Shown here piece by piece: positions 43,076 to 51,571 of a DNA stretch of 64,000 nt. A program made the position numbers and the translations under genes. Numbering within the stretch: position 1 is the stretch's first letter; each line of letters starts with the position of its first letter. Origin of the DNA: Chloroflexota bacterium. Its GTDB lineage: Bacteria > Chloroflexota > Dehalococcoidia > Dehalococcoidales > UBA2162. The DNA lies in the NCBI GenBank assembly GCA_016199495.1, contig JACQGQ010000040.1, positions 9,773 to 73,772 on the forward strand, read 5' to 3'. The notes under the pieces are model-generated. The model was not told the origin of the DNA. It ran no database searches and worked only from the letters and a program-made list of their open reading frames with translations.

Positions 43076-44501
43076 TGTTTACAGCCTCGTTGTTTCCGTA
43101 GTCCAGAAATCTTTTACCCCTCAAGTTGTCTTTCTTCAGCTTAAAGATCTTACGCTCGACATAATACTCGAAGAGGAACTCGTACATTTTCCGGAAGAAT
43201 TTGTTAGGCGGAATAGCCTTTATTAAGAGCAGTGCTACTCTGTCCACCGGGAATGGCAATTTGGCGAGCCATGCCCCGAGTAAGAAAATATTGAATCTGA
43301 TATTTTTCTCTTTTTCCGTAAAGCAGGATAAAACCGATTTTTTAGCGAGGCCGCTCATATCCCCTAGGTAAGTAGATGGGTCTATCAACGAATGTTCAAC
43401 ACAGTAATCATACAGGTCTGTTTTTTCCATCGGCACGGTGATGGTATAGCTGGGGTAGGTTACTCTGGCTCTCTTGCTCATCTTTATCGTTTCTAGGTCA
43501 TCCTGCAACGTGGACTCGGGTGCGGCAAGCATGTAGTTGACCCAAGTGTTGATGCCGTAGTCCTTTATTTTTCTCAATTTCTCTTCAATGTTCTCGTTGC
43601 GCATCTGCCGTTTCAGGATATTTTCCCTCACGTGTCGAGAGGTGCTATCGACGGAAAGATGGACGGAAAAACAGCCTGCTTTCTTCAACAGCCTCAGCAT
43701 GGCATCATCGACAGTATCGAGCCTTAGATAGCAATTGAAAGGAACGCCGACTCTTTGCGGATAATTTTCAGAGAATTCTTCGAGCCATTCATCAGCCTTG
43801 AAGGCGAAGCAATCATCGCCGAACTTGACAAAATCCATTCTATATTTACTACCCACGTCCTCTATCTCCCTGAGAGTTCTTTCCACAGAAAACCGCCTGA
43901 CTGCGGCTCCTTTCCCCCGGTAAAGCTTGTGATAATAGTTGTTGCAGCAATAGGCACAGCTAAAGGGACAGCCTCTGGTCACGTAAAAAGTCTTCTTAGC
44001 GGCATACTTAAGATGCGAATTGGAGATAACCAGATCCCTGTCCGCCGGAGGCAGCTCATCTAGATTGGTGATCAGTGGTCTCACAGGATTGACCCGGTTT
44101 TTGGTAATGAGATTGGCGACGTCATCATAAGGATTCCCGGCTTCAACTCTAAGCAGGAAGTCCCGGAAAGGATATTCCCCTTCACCGATGCAGTAAGCGT
44201 CCATACCGCTTTCCGTGAATGTTTCAGGAGAAATCGTTGGGTGAGGACCTCCCATAATAGAAATGAATTTGTGTATCTTAATGGCTTCTCTGTTTGCCTG
44301 CATGATTTTCTTAAATCCGATGATATTCACTGAATAGGCGACAATATCAGGACTGACTTCTTTCACTGACGCAATCAAATCATTCCTGTCAAGCGAGCAG
44401 AAAAAAGTCTGATGGTTTATCTGCTTAGCCACTGCGGACAAATAGGCGATTGCCATATGGTCAGCGAAATCCAGGTCATGGATGACAAACAATATTTTCA
44501 T
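43068..44501 (-). CDS. B12-binding-domain radical SAM protein no. 3 (divergent)
   Basis: 'MKILFVIHDLDF...IVAYSVNI...IMGGPHPT...CIGEGE' then 'TRGCPFSCAYCCN'. This is the first gene of the 15-kb minus-strand operon. Confidence 0.8.
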   Translation of the reverse strand: MKILFVIHDLDFADHMAIAYLSAVAKQINHQTFFCSLDRNDLIASVKEVSPDIVAYSVNIIGFKKIMQANREAIKIHKFISIMGGPHPTISPETFTESGMDAYCIGEGEYPFRDFLLRVEAGNPYDDVANLITKNRVNPVRPLITNLDELPPADRDLVISNSHLKYAAKKTFYVTRGCPFSCAYCCNNYYHKLYRGKGAAVRRFSVERTLREIEDVGSKYRMDFVKFGDDCFAFKADEWLEEFSENYPQRVGVPFNCYLRLDTVDDAMLRLLKKAGCFSVHLSVDSTSRHVRENILKRQMRNENIEEKLRKIKDYGINTWVNYMLAAPESTLQDDLETIKMSKRARVTYPSYTITVPMEKTDLYDYCVEHSLIDPSTYLGDMSGLAKKSVLSCFTEKEKNIRFNIFLLGAWLAKLPFPVDRVALLLIKAIPPNKFFRKMYEFLFEYYVERKIFKLKKDNLRGKRFLDYGNNEAVNNG

Positions 44502-44663
44502 TGTCTTGTCTTCTTTTTGCTTAAAAAGTTCACGGCATTCCTACGGACTGCTTCTATCTCTGTTTTTGCTTACCTATATCATCAGGTTTCCTGTCGATTA
44601 TTATGGTCTCTCTGCTATTCTTACCACATATTATAGCATGTAATGTGGCGGATATTAATAACA

Positions 44664-44721
44664 ATGGTACGATGTTACTGGACAATTGTCAACATAATAT
44701 CTTATAATACGCCAGATGGCA
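44664..44721 (-). promoter_or_regulatory. Copy 2 of the shared glycan-operon promoter/operator motif
   Basis: The minus strand reads TGCCATCTGGCG (44721-44710), 17 nt, TTGACAATTGTCC (-35 = 44692-44687), 17-nt spacer, TACCAT (44669-44664). A second candidate promoter lies downstream: TTAATA-17-TGCTATAAT with an extended -10 (TATAAT = 44635-44630). Confidence 0.6.
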
Positions 44722-44769
44722 TTAATATCCGAGTTGGTTTTGACGTGGAGCCGATTTTTATTTCCAGGC

Positions 44770-46554
44770 TCACACCGGTTGGCTCTGGTATAACTCACAG
44801 TAGGCGCCTCTGTTTCCCATCAGTTGCTTGTGGGTGCCTTCTTCCAGGACTTGCCCATCTCCTAATACTACGATTTTATCGGCATTAACTATCGTGGAAA
44901 GACGATGGGCAATAACAATGACAGTATGGTCTCTGGCTATTTCGTCAATGGCTTTCTGGACGGCGGCTTCAGAGATATTATCCAGGGCGTTAGTCGCTTC
45001 ATCAAAAATCAGTATCTCAGGGTTTCGTATCATCGCCCGGGCAACGGCAATCCTCTGCCTTTGTCCGCCAGATAGCTTCATTCCCCTATCCCCGACAAGG
45101 GTCTCATACCCATCCGGCAGCTTGGTGATGAAGCTGTGGGCATCGGCGTATTTAGATACTCGAACAATATCTTGGTCGGGGTATTCTGAGCCAAAAGTGA
45201 TATTATTCTTAATCGTGTCATTAAAGATGAAAGTATCCTGACTGACATAGCCAATCTTATTTAACCACGAGGCTATTTTGTATTGTTTTATGTTGACACC
45301 GTCAATCGTTATTTCACCCCGGTCGACATCATAGAGGCGGAGTAATAGATTGACAATGGTCGTTTTCCCGGAGCCGGAGCGGCCCACAATAGCTGTCGTC
45401 TTGCCTTTTTCGAAGGTAATTGAAACATCCTCCAGAACTTTTTTGCGTCCCTTATAAGCAAAGGTAACATTATCCAACTTTATTTCGGACTTGAAAGACG
45501 CTAACTCCTTCTTGCCATCTTCAATATGGGTGAGTCTCTCACCCAATATTTGATAAACATTTTCGCAATTCGGCAGTGAAGCTTTAATCTGCATGGTGGC
45601 GTTACTGACACCACCGATAATGGGAATCAGTCTGAAAACAGCGAAGGCAAAGGTGCCGAAGACAGGGATTAAAGCCCCGAAACTGTTCGGCGCTGTCATT
45701 CTGATGCCAATGGCGGTTATGCCTACAAAAAAGAACAGGACAAATATGAGCGCCGGACTTAGTGCCTGTTGCCAGGTAGATTGCCTGATAGAATGATGCC
45801 AGTGTGTTTTTACGGCGTCGCCAAATCTACGTACCCAATCCTTTGTGGCGTTGAATGCCTTCAATTGCTTAATTCCGTCAATAGTCTCATTGAGGATAAC
45901 GGTACTCTGCGTGATAGCTTCCTGCTGGCGTTTCCCGGCATCATAAGCTACTCTTTCCGCCAGATATCTGGTAAGCAAGTAATAAATCAGCCCTATCAGG
46001 AAAACAGTTATCGTTCCCTGCCAGGATAATGAAAAGAGAAGCAGGATTACTGAGAGAGATAGTATCGTCTGGGCTAACAATTCCGTAGACGAATAAAGAA
46101 ACACTTCAAGACTATGTGGGGCGGATATCGCATTGTAGATGAGTTCTCCCTGCTTATGTTCGACGAAGTATTGATAATCAGCCTGAACAAACTTAGTAAA
46201 GATTTCTTTCTGGTTTTTCTCTACCAGCCGACCAGAAAAAGTTATTCGGTATCTGATAGTTAATAATTTGATGATAAAGGTCGATAACGCAAACAGCAGA
46301 AAAAGCAGGCTGTAAGCGATAAACTCGTCGGCTACAGGTAAGAGGCGGGCAATTCCCCGAAAAATTGAAAGGATAATAATCTCCTTTCCAAGTCCTGCCC
46401 CAAAGGTAGAATTCAGCATTGGATAGACGACGGCTACATTGGCTGCTTCTAAGCCGCCAACTATCAATGAGGAAACGACCAGCAAGAGAACTTTTCGTCT
46501 ATACTGCCCAAAGAAGAATCGTAATATCCCTGAAGTGTTTATCCGCTTTTCCAT
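44770..46554 (-). CDS. Fused TMD-NBD ABC exporter (MsbA/PglK-like)
   Basis: 594 aa with six N-terminal TM helices. Walker A 'GRSGSGKTT', signature 'LSGGQRQR', Walker B 'ILIFDEATNALD'. Confidence 0.9.
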   Translation of the reverse strand: MEKRINTSGILRFFFGQYRRKVLLLVVSSLIVGGLEAANVAVVYPMLNSTFGAGLGKEIIILSIFRGIARLLPVADEFIAYSLLFLLFALSTFIIKLLTIRYRITFSGRLVEKNQKEIFTKFVQADYQYFVEHKQGELIYNAISAPHSLEVFLYSSTELLAQTILSLSVILLLFSLSWQGTITVFLIGLIYYLLTRYLAERVAYDAGKRQQEAITQSTVILNETIDGIKQLKAFNATKDWVRRFGDAVKTHWHHSIRQSTWQQALSPALIFVLFFFVGITAIGIRMTAPNSFGALIPVFGTFAFAVFRLIPIIGGVSNATMQIKASLPNCENVYQILGERLTHIEDGKKELASFKSEIKLDNVTFAYKGRKKVLEDVSITFEKGKTTAIVGRSGSGKTTIVNLLLRLYDVDRGEITIDGVNIKQYKIASWLNKIGYVSQDTFIFNDTIKNNITFGSEYPDQDIVRVSKYADAHSFITKLPDGYETLVGDRGMKLSGGQRQRIAVARAMIRNPEILIFDEATNALDNISEAAVQKAIDEIARDHTVIVIAHRLSTIVNADKIVVLGDGQVLEEGTHKQLMGNRGAYCELYQSQPV

Positions 46555-46624
46555 ATTACCCTAGACGGCTAATAGTTACTCGGCCACCTATTGCGGCTTT
46601 ACTCACCCGTTGAAGCTTTACTTG

Positions 46625-46653
46625 ATTATACATAGCTCTAGTTAGCAAAACAA
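46625..46653 (-). promoter_or_regulatory. Candidate sigma70 promoter for the ABC exporter gene
   Basis: The minus strand reads TTGTTT (46653-46648), 17 nt, TATAAT (46630-46625), ~70 nt upstream of the ATG at 46554. Confidence 0.35.
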
Positions 46654-46674
46654 GATTGCTTGCAGTAATACTCT

Positions 46675-46935
46675 CTTAAACGTGGTTGGTGTCGGCTGTG
46701 GTAATGGTGAGTTTCTTTATTGTCTAAAGTAGAAGTTCCCACACTGGAGGCTTACTGCTTACTACTTTACGCCGGAATTCATTGCGACCGGAGAGAGTTT
46801 TCCGGGATTATCAGGAGTAGAATTGATTGTCGCCGATGTGTCCGATATAATATAAACAAAACTTTTGACATTGCATTAAGTGATTGCGTTTTCAGATTTT
46901 TTCTGAAATTAAAAAAGCCGTTAGAAAAGGTGTAA
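46675..46935 (+). pseudogene. Relic of a class I SAM methyltransferase (multiple frameshifts, truncated)
   Basis: Motif I 'NVVGVGCGNGEFLYCLK*' (46679-46732). A post-I-like 'GVELIVADVSD' at ~46813 and 'KTFDIALSDCVF' (track ORF 46720..46935) follow in the expected order, but the three are in three different frames. Confidence 0.45.
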
Positions 46936-46955
46936 GCGGGGTTTGAGTTCGGATT

Positions 46956-48776
46956 ATGTGTGGCATCGCCGGTTATATCGGGAAGACTCGAATTGACCGG
47001 GGGAGGATAGAAAATACCCTCGACCTGATGCGTAATCGAGGTCCAGATAATCGTGCATTTGTATCTATCGGCGAGGAAAATATAAGCGTTGTTCTCCTTC
47101 ATTCCCGCCTTAGCATCATCGACCTTGAAGCGAGGTCAAACCAGCCTCTCACCATCGGTGATTATACTATTATCTTCAATGGGGAAATCTACAATTATGT
47201 TGAACTCCGCGAGCAACTACGAAAAGCCGGGGTTTCTTTTCGGACTGAATCGGATACCGAAGTCTTGCTGCAATATTATATTCGTTATGGCGATGAGTGT
47301 GTTAATTATTTTGAAGGAATGTGGAGCTTTGCTATCTATGACCGCCACACTGCCAGGCTTTTCCTGTCAAGAGACAGGTTTGCCGAGAAGCCACTTTACT
47401 ATTATTCAACTCCTGATGGGACTTTCTTTGCCTCAGAGGTTAAGTTCATCCAGTCCTTGATGGGTGAACGGCTTGCCGTAAACTATCAGCAAATACTCCG
47501 ATATCTGGTAAACGGGTATAAATCTCTATATAAGACCGAGGATACATTTTTTACAGGACTGAAAGAGCTACCGTATGCCTGTAATCTGGTTATTGACCAT
47601 GACCTGAACACCAGTATCTCACAATACTGGATTCCCTCCTGGACTCCCAGGGAAATGTCTTTAACTGAGGCGATAGAGGAATTCAGGCAATGTCTTCTAA
47701 ATAGTATTAAAATAAGATTGCGTGCCGATGTACCTCTGGCATTTTGTTTAAGCGGAGGTATCGATTCAGCATCGATTGTGTCAATTGCGGCTAAAGTCTT
47801 CAACTACGATGTAGCCACCTTTTCCATTATAGACCCCGATGAACGCTATAACGAACTCGATAATATCCGGGCTACAATCGACGACCTCGATTGCCGGCAT
47901 ACTCTCATTGAATTGCAACCAGGACAACCATTCCAACGACTTAAAGACCTCATCCAGTATCATGACGCCCCTGTGTACACAATATCCTATTACGTGCACT
48001 CCTTCCTGTCTGAAGCCATTTCAAACAATGGCTATCGTATTGCCTGCTCCGGCACCGGCGCCGATGAACTGGTTACCGGCTATTATGACCATTTCAATCT
48101 TTACCTGTATGAAATGCGCCAATCGCCCGATTATGCTAGGTATCTCGAGGACTGGCGCCAAAACGCGGGACGTTTTGTCCGAAATCCTTACCTGAAGAAA
48201 CCGGAATTATATTTCAACCAGCCGGACTTCCGTGACCATATCTACCTGGAGAACGATATCTTCGCCGCTATGCTTAGAGTTGATTTCCGGGAGGACTTTA
48301 CCGAGATAAGATATGCTGATTCTCTGCTGCGCAACCGGATGATGAATGAGCTGTTCCACGAGGGCACTCGGGTTATTCTTCACGAGGACGATTTGAATTC
48401 AATGTTCTATTCGATAGAAAATAGGAGTCCGTATCTGGACTCTAAGCTATACGAGATTTCATACTCGATTCCGAACGAGTATCTTATTCAGGACGGGTAC
48501 GGGAAATATATTCTCCGTGAAGCAGTGAAGGGCATACTGAACGAAAAAGTCAGGACCGACAGGAGAAAGGTTGGGTTCAACGCTTCCTTCAACTCTCTCG
48601 TCGACCTGGATAAGAAGGAAAGCAGGGACTTCATGCTGGAAGACAGTGAAATTTTTGAAATTGTCGACCGTGATAAAATTACACCATTGCTGTCCATGAA
48701 CCCGATGTCCGATAGCGTCAACAAGTTTATGTTTTATTTCCTTAATGCAAAAATATTCCTTGAGCTGAATGGTTGA
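46956..48776 (+). CDS. Asparagine synthase (glutamine-hydrolysing)-family amidotransferase
   Basis: 'MCGIAGYIG' (N-terminal Cys nucleophile) and 'FCLSGGIDSASIV' (PP-loop). 606 aa. Confidence 0.85.
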   Translation: MCGIAGYIGKTRIDRGRIENTLDLMRNRGPDNRAFVSIGEENISVVLLHSRLSIIDLEARSNQPLTIGDYTIIFNGEIYNYVELREQLRKAGVSFRTESDTEVLLQYYIRYGDECVNYFEGMWSFAIYDRHTARLFLSRDRFAEKPLYYYSTPDGTFFASEVKFIQSLMGERLAVNYQQILRYLVNGYKSLYKTEDTFFTGLKELPYACNLVIDHDLNTSISQYWIPSWTPREMSLTEAIEEFRQCLLNSIKIRLRADVPLAFCLSGGIDSASIVSIAAKVFNYDVATFSIIDPDERYNELDNIRATIDDLDCRHTLIELQPGQPFQRLKDLIQYHDAPVYTISYYVHSFLSEAISNNGYRIACSGTGADELVTGYYDHFNLYLYEMRQSPDYARYLEDWRQNAGRFVRNPYLKKPELYFNQPDFRDHIYLENDIFAAMLRVDFREDFTEIRYADSLLRNRMMNELFHEGTRVILHEDDLNSMFYSIENRSPYLDSKLYEISYSIPNEYLIQDGYGKYILREAVKGILNEKVRTDRRKVGFNASFNSLVDLDKKESRDFMLEDSEIFEIVDRDKITPLLSMNPMSDSVNKFMFYFLNAKIFLELNG

Positions 48777-48782
48777 GAAGTC

Positions 48783-49904
48783 GTGAGATACTGTAAGAAA
48801 TGCGTCATCCCGGATACCCGTCCCGGCATACAGATTAGAGCAGACGGCATTTGTTCTGCCTGTGTTGGCCATGGTGAAAAAGAACGGTTCATTGACTGGG
48901 ATAAGCGCCGGGCCGTGTTTGAAGCAATCGTGGACGAGGTCAAGCGACTTAACAAGGGTTATGACTGTATTGTACCGGTAAGCGGCGGCAAAGACAGTAC
49001 CTATCAGGTTATAAAGTGCCTGGATTATGCTTTACGAGTGCTGGCTGTTACCTGGAAAACCCCGGCCAGAACGGAGGTAGGACAATATAATCTTGACAAT
49101 CTGGTAAAGCTCGGCGTCGACCATATCGACTACACCATTAACCCCGATGTCGAAAGACGGTTCATGTACAAGACCTTGGTGAAGAGTGGCGATACAGCGA
49201 TACCGATGCACATGGCGCTTTATGCCATACCGCTCCGGCTGGCCGTTGCCCTTGGTATTCCTCTTGTGATATGGGGCGAAAGTCCGCACCTAGAATACGG
49301 GGGGACAGAGGCCGAGAGAAATATTGACACCCTGGACCTGGCCTGGTTTAAGACACATGACATCCTGCAGGGCACATCTGTCAAAGACTGGACTGATGAG
49401 GATTTAACGGGCAAAGACCTGGCAGCATATCGACTGCCCGGTGACCAAGAATTTAAAACTGCCGGGATTCGCTCACTGTTTCTAGGGTATTATTTCAGGT
49501 GGGACCCGGAGGAAAATTTAGCAATCTCAAAGAACCACGGGTTCAGGGTAAGAGCCGAGGGTCCCAAGACTGGTTATTATGACTATGCGGATATCGACTG
49601 TGACTTTATTTCTATCCATCATTATTTCAAGTGGCTCAAGTTCGGCTTTACCCGCTTGTTTGATAATCTGTCAGTGGAGATACGTAACGGCAGGATGTCA
49701 CGTAAGGAAGCATTAAAAATTATCACGGAACGGGGAGACCAAACACCATATGAGGATATTAAAAAGCTGTGCCAATTTCTGCAGATTTCAGAAGGCCATT
49801 TTTGGCAAATTGCCGAGTCGTTCCGCAATAGAAACATCTGGTCGCAGGAAAACGGCCGATGGGTGATAAAGGGCTTCATCATTACTGATTGGGAGTGGTC
49901 ATGA
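48783..49904 (+). CDS. N-acetyl-sugar amidotransferase (WbuX/WbpG/PseA-like PP-loop enzyme)
   Basis: 'MRYCKKCVIPDTRPGI...DGICSAC' zinc-ribbon-like N-terminus followed by 'CIVPVSGGKDSTYQ' (PP-loop). Confidence 0.7.
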   Translation: MRYCKKCVIPDTRPGIQIRADGICSACVGHGEKERFIDWDKRRAVFEAIVDEVKRLNKGYDCIVPVSGGKDSTYQVIKCLDYALRVLAVTWKTPARTEVGQYNLDNLVKLGVDHIDYTINPDVERRFMYKTLVKSGDTAIPMHMALYAIPLRLAVALGIPLVIWGESPHLEYGGTEAERNIDTLDLAWFKTHDILQGTSVKDWTDEDLTGKDLAAYRLPGDQEFKTAGIRSLFLGYYFRWDPEENLAISKNHGFRVRAEGPKTGYYDYADIDCDFISIHHYFKWLKFGFTRLFDNLSVEIRNGRMSRKEALKIITERGDQTPYEDIKKLCQFLQISEGHFWQIAESFRNRNIWSQENGRWVIKGFIITDWEWS

Positions 49905-50242
49905 AGATTACAAAAAACGAACCACCGCGAATCTTCCGTGCCGGTGAAGACAGTCAAATCAGGATTTCTGACTGTGGGAGGATATACCTTGAGCCCGATG
50001 AGCAGGTCAGTTTTATAACTTCTTCAGGTAAGGAGCATGATTTTACTGCTAAGTCATGGGGATTCTACGCTACTCCATCCGTAAACAAACGGCTGGTCGA
50101 CCAGGGTTTCAAAACGGCTCTGGTGAAGAACGAGGCCGGTAGATACTACATTATGGTTGTGGACGTTGGCCGTATCTCCGATTTTGAAGCGTATCTGAGT
50201 TCGGAAAAGAACCAGGTGGTAGAGTGGATAGATGAACGCTAA
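49901..50242 (+). CDS. Hypothetical protein (113 aa)
   Basis: The ATGA overlaps the amidotransferase stop. I recognise no motif. Confidence 0.5.
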   Translation: MKITKNEPPRIFRAGEDSQIRISDCGRIYLEPDEQVSFITSSGKEHDFTAKSWGFYATPSVNKRLVDQGFKTALVKNEAGRYYIMVVDVGRISDFEAYLSSEKNQVVEWIDER

Positions 50243-50258
50243 GAATTTGGTATAACTC

Positions 50259-50420
50259 TTAGAGAGTACGGTAATAAAACCCTTTGGCCGCCATCTCTTT
50301 ACGGTTAAAAAATCCCTTGACAGCAATGAGCACCGGGCTGTCATTCACCATATCGTTAAATTTGTCCGGGTTATTTGCTTTATAACCTGGCGGACTATCG
50401 TCAGGACTCTTAATTTTAAT
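50259..50420 (-). pseudogene. 3'-terminal relic of a TviB/WbpO-type nucleotide-sugar dehydrogenase
   Basis: The minus frame reads ...KFNDMVNDSPVLIAVKGFFNRKEMAAKGFYYRTL* (stop 50259-50261). The C-terminus of the intact gene at 60671..61918 is ...KLKGMMNDSPILIDVRGVFSNAEAREKGLVYRSL*, giving 17/30 identities by eye. An in-frame stop ~50 codons upstream means no N-terminal part remains. Confidence 0.65.
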
Positions 50421-50440
50421 AAACCTGGAATCTGATTAAA

Positions 50441-51553
50441 TTACAGATTCTTACCGGAAATATCGATTATCATTCTCTCCAGTTCTTCCAGGGATGAAGG
50501 GAAAAGAATTGCCGAACGGCTTGCTTTTGTCATCCATTCTATTTGTTGTTTTTTGAGTTCCTTCGATTTGAACGAAATCAGATTTATCAAGGAAATGGCT
50601 TGCCCACCTCTCACGCTGAAAATGGCATTGGAGGAGATGCCGAGGTAAATCTGCACCTTCTTGTCGTACAGCATCTCCGCCGGTATATAAACAGGCAATT
50701 CCTTACCGACTTCGATGACATCCTTGTTGAGTTCGTGCCCGGGGTGGTATTTGCGGGCGATTTCCTTTTCCGGGTAGTGGCGCCGGACAACATCAAATAT
50801 GCTCTTAAGCTCCCGGCTGAAGGTATCGCGGTCAGGGACATCTCTGTCAACAAGGTCCTGGTGGAAGTAGATAACCTTATAGTTGCTGGTATCAAACAGC
50901 CGGAACTTCTCCCAGGTGAAGTCGGCCATTATTTCATCCCTATTTGACCAATCGATGACACCGCCTACTGATTTTTTCATAAAGCTCTCGGGCATTAATG
51001 GAAAGCCTTTGCTCCAGGGATTGACCTGGGGGAATTGACCAAGCTGAGTATCTTTTCCGTACACCATTTTGTAGATAAGCAGGGTAGCAATATCGTTAAT
51101 GCTTCGCGGGGAGTATCGGCTCATATAAGGAGGGCCCGGGTCTATGAAAACCAACCTGTTTCTCTGGCTCAGTCTTCTTAGAAAATAAATCTTGGCGCCG
51201 CTGAAACCCGGGCTGGGAAACATGATATCGGCATTTTCCAGGCCAGCAAAATATCTGTTGTAGAACTTTTTTAAGTGGCGGCGTTCTCCGAGTATGTCAG
51301 GCAGGACATATACAAGCTTTTTGAATCTTCTGCCCTCAGTCCACCGCTGCGAATACTCCGGGTAGTAAATCAATTCAAGTTCATTGCGGAACACCTTTTC
51401 ATTAATAATTTGGAATAAGTGATACAGGTCTTTCAGAGTTGGGATAAAGATTGTTGCTTGGATATCTTTACTTTCATTCGTAAGCCTGTACAAAGGATAA
51501 GCTATCGAGGCATAACTCTCACATAAGATGACGATTCTCTTCTTACTATTCAT
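50441..51553 (-). CDS. Hypothetical protein (370 aa), candidate unassigned glycosyl/nonulosonate transferase
   Basis: Long AT-rich ORF and last gene of the minus-strand operon. N-terminus 'KKRIVILCESYASIAYPLYRL'. I recognise no family. Confidence 0.4.
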   Translation of the reverse strand: MNSKKRIVILCESYASIAYPLYRLTNESKDIQATIFIPTLKDLYHLFQIINEKVFRNELELIYYPEYSQRWTEGRRFKKLVYVLPDILGERRHLKKFYNRYFAGLENADIMFPSPGFSGAKIYFLRRLSQRNRLVFIDPGPPYMSRYSPRSINDIATLLIYKMVYGKDTQLGQFPQVNPWSKGFPLMPESFMKKSVGGVIDWSNRDEIMADFTWEKFRLFDTSNYKVIYFHQDLVDRDVPDRDTFSRELKSIFDVVRRHYPEKEIARKYHPGHELNKDVIEVGKELPVYIPAEMLYDKKVQIYLGISSNAIFSVRGGQAISLINLISFKSKELKKQQIEWMTKASRSAILFPSSLEELERMIIDISGKNL

Positions 51554-51571
51554 ATATAAAGACCGTAGTTT

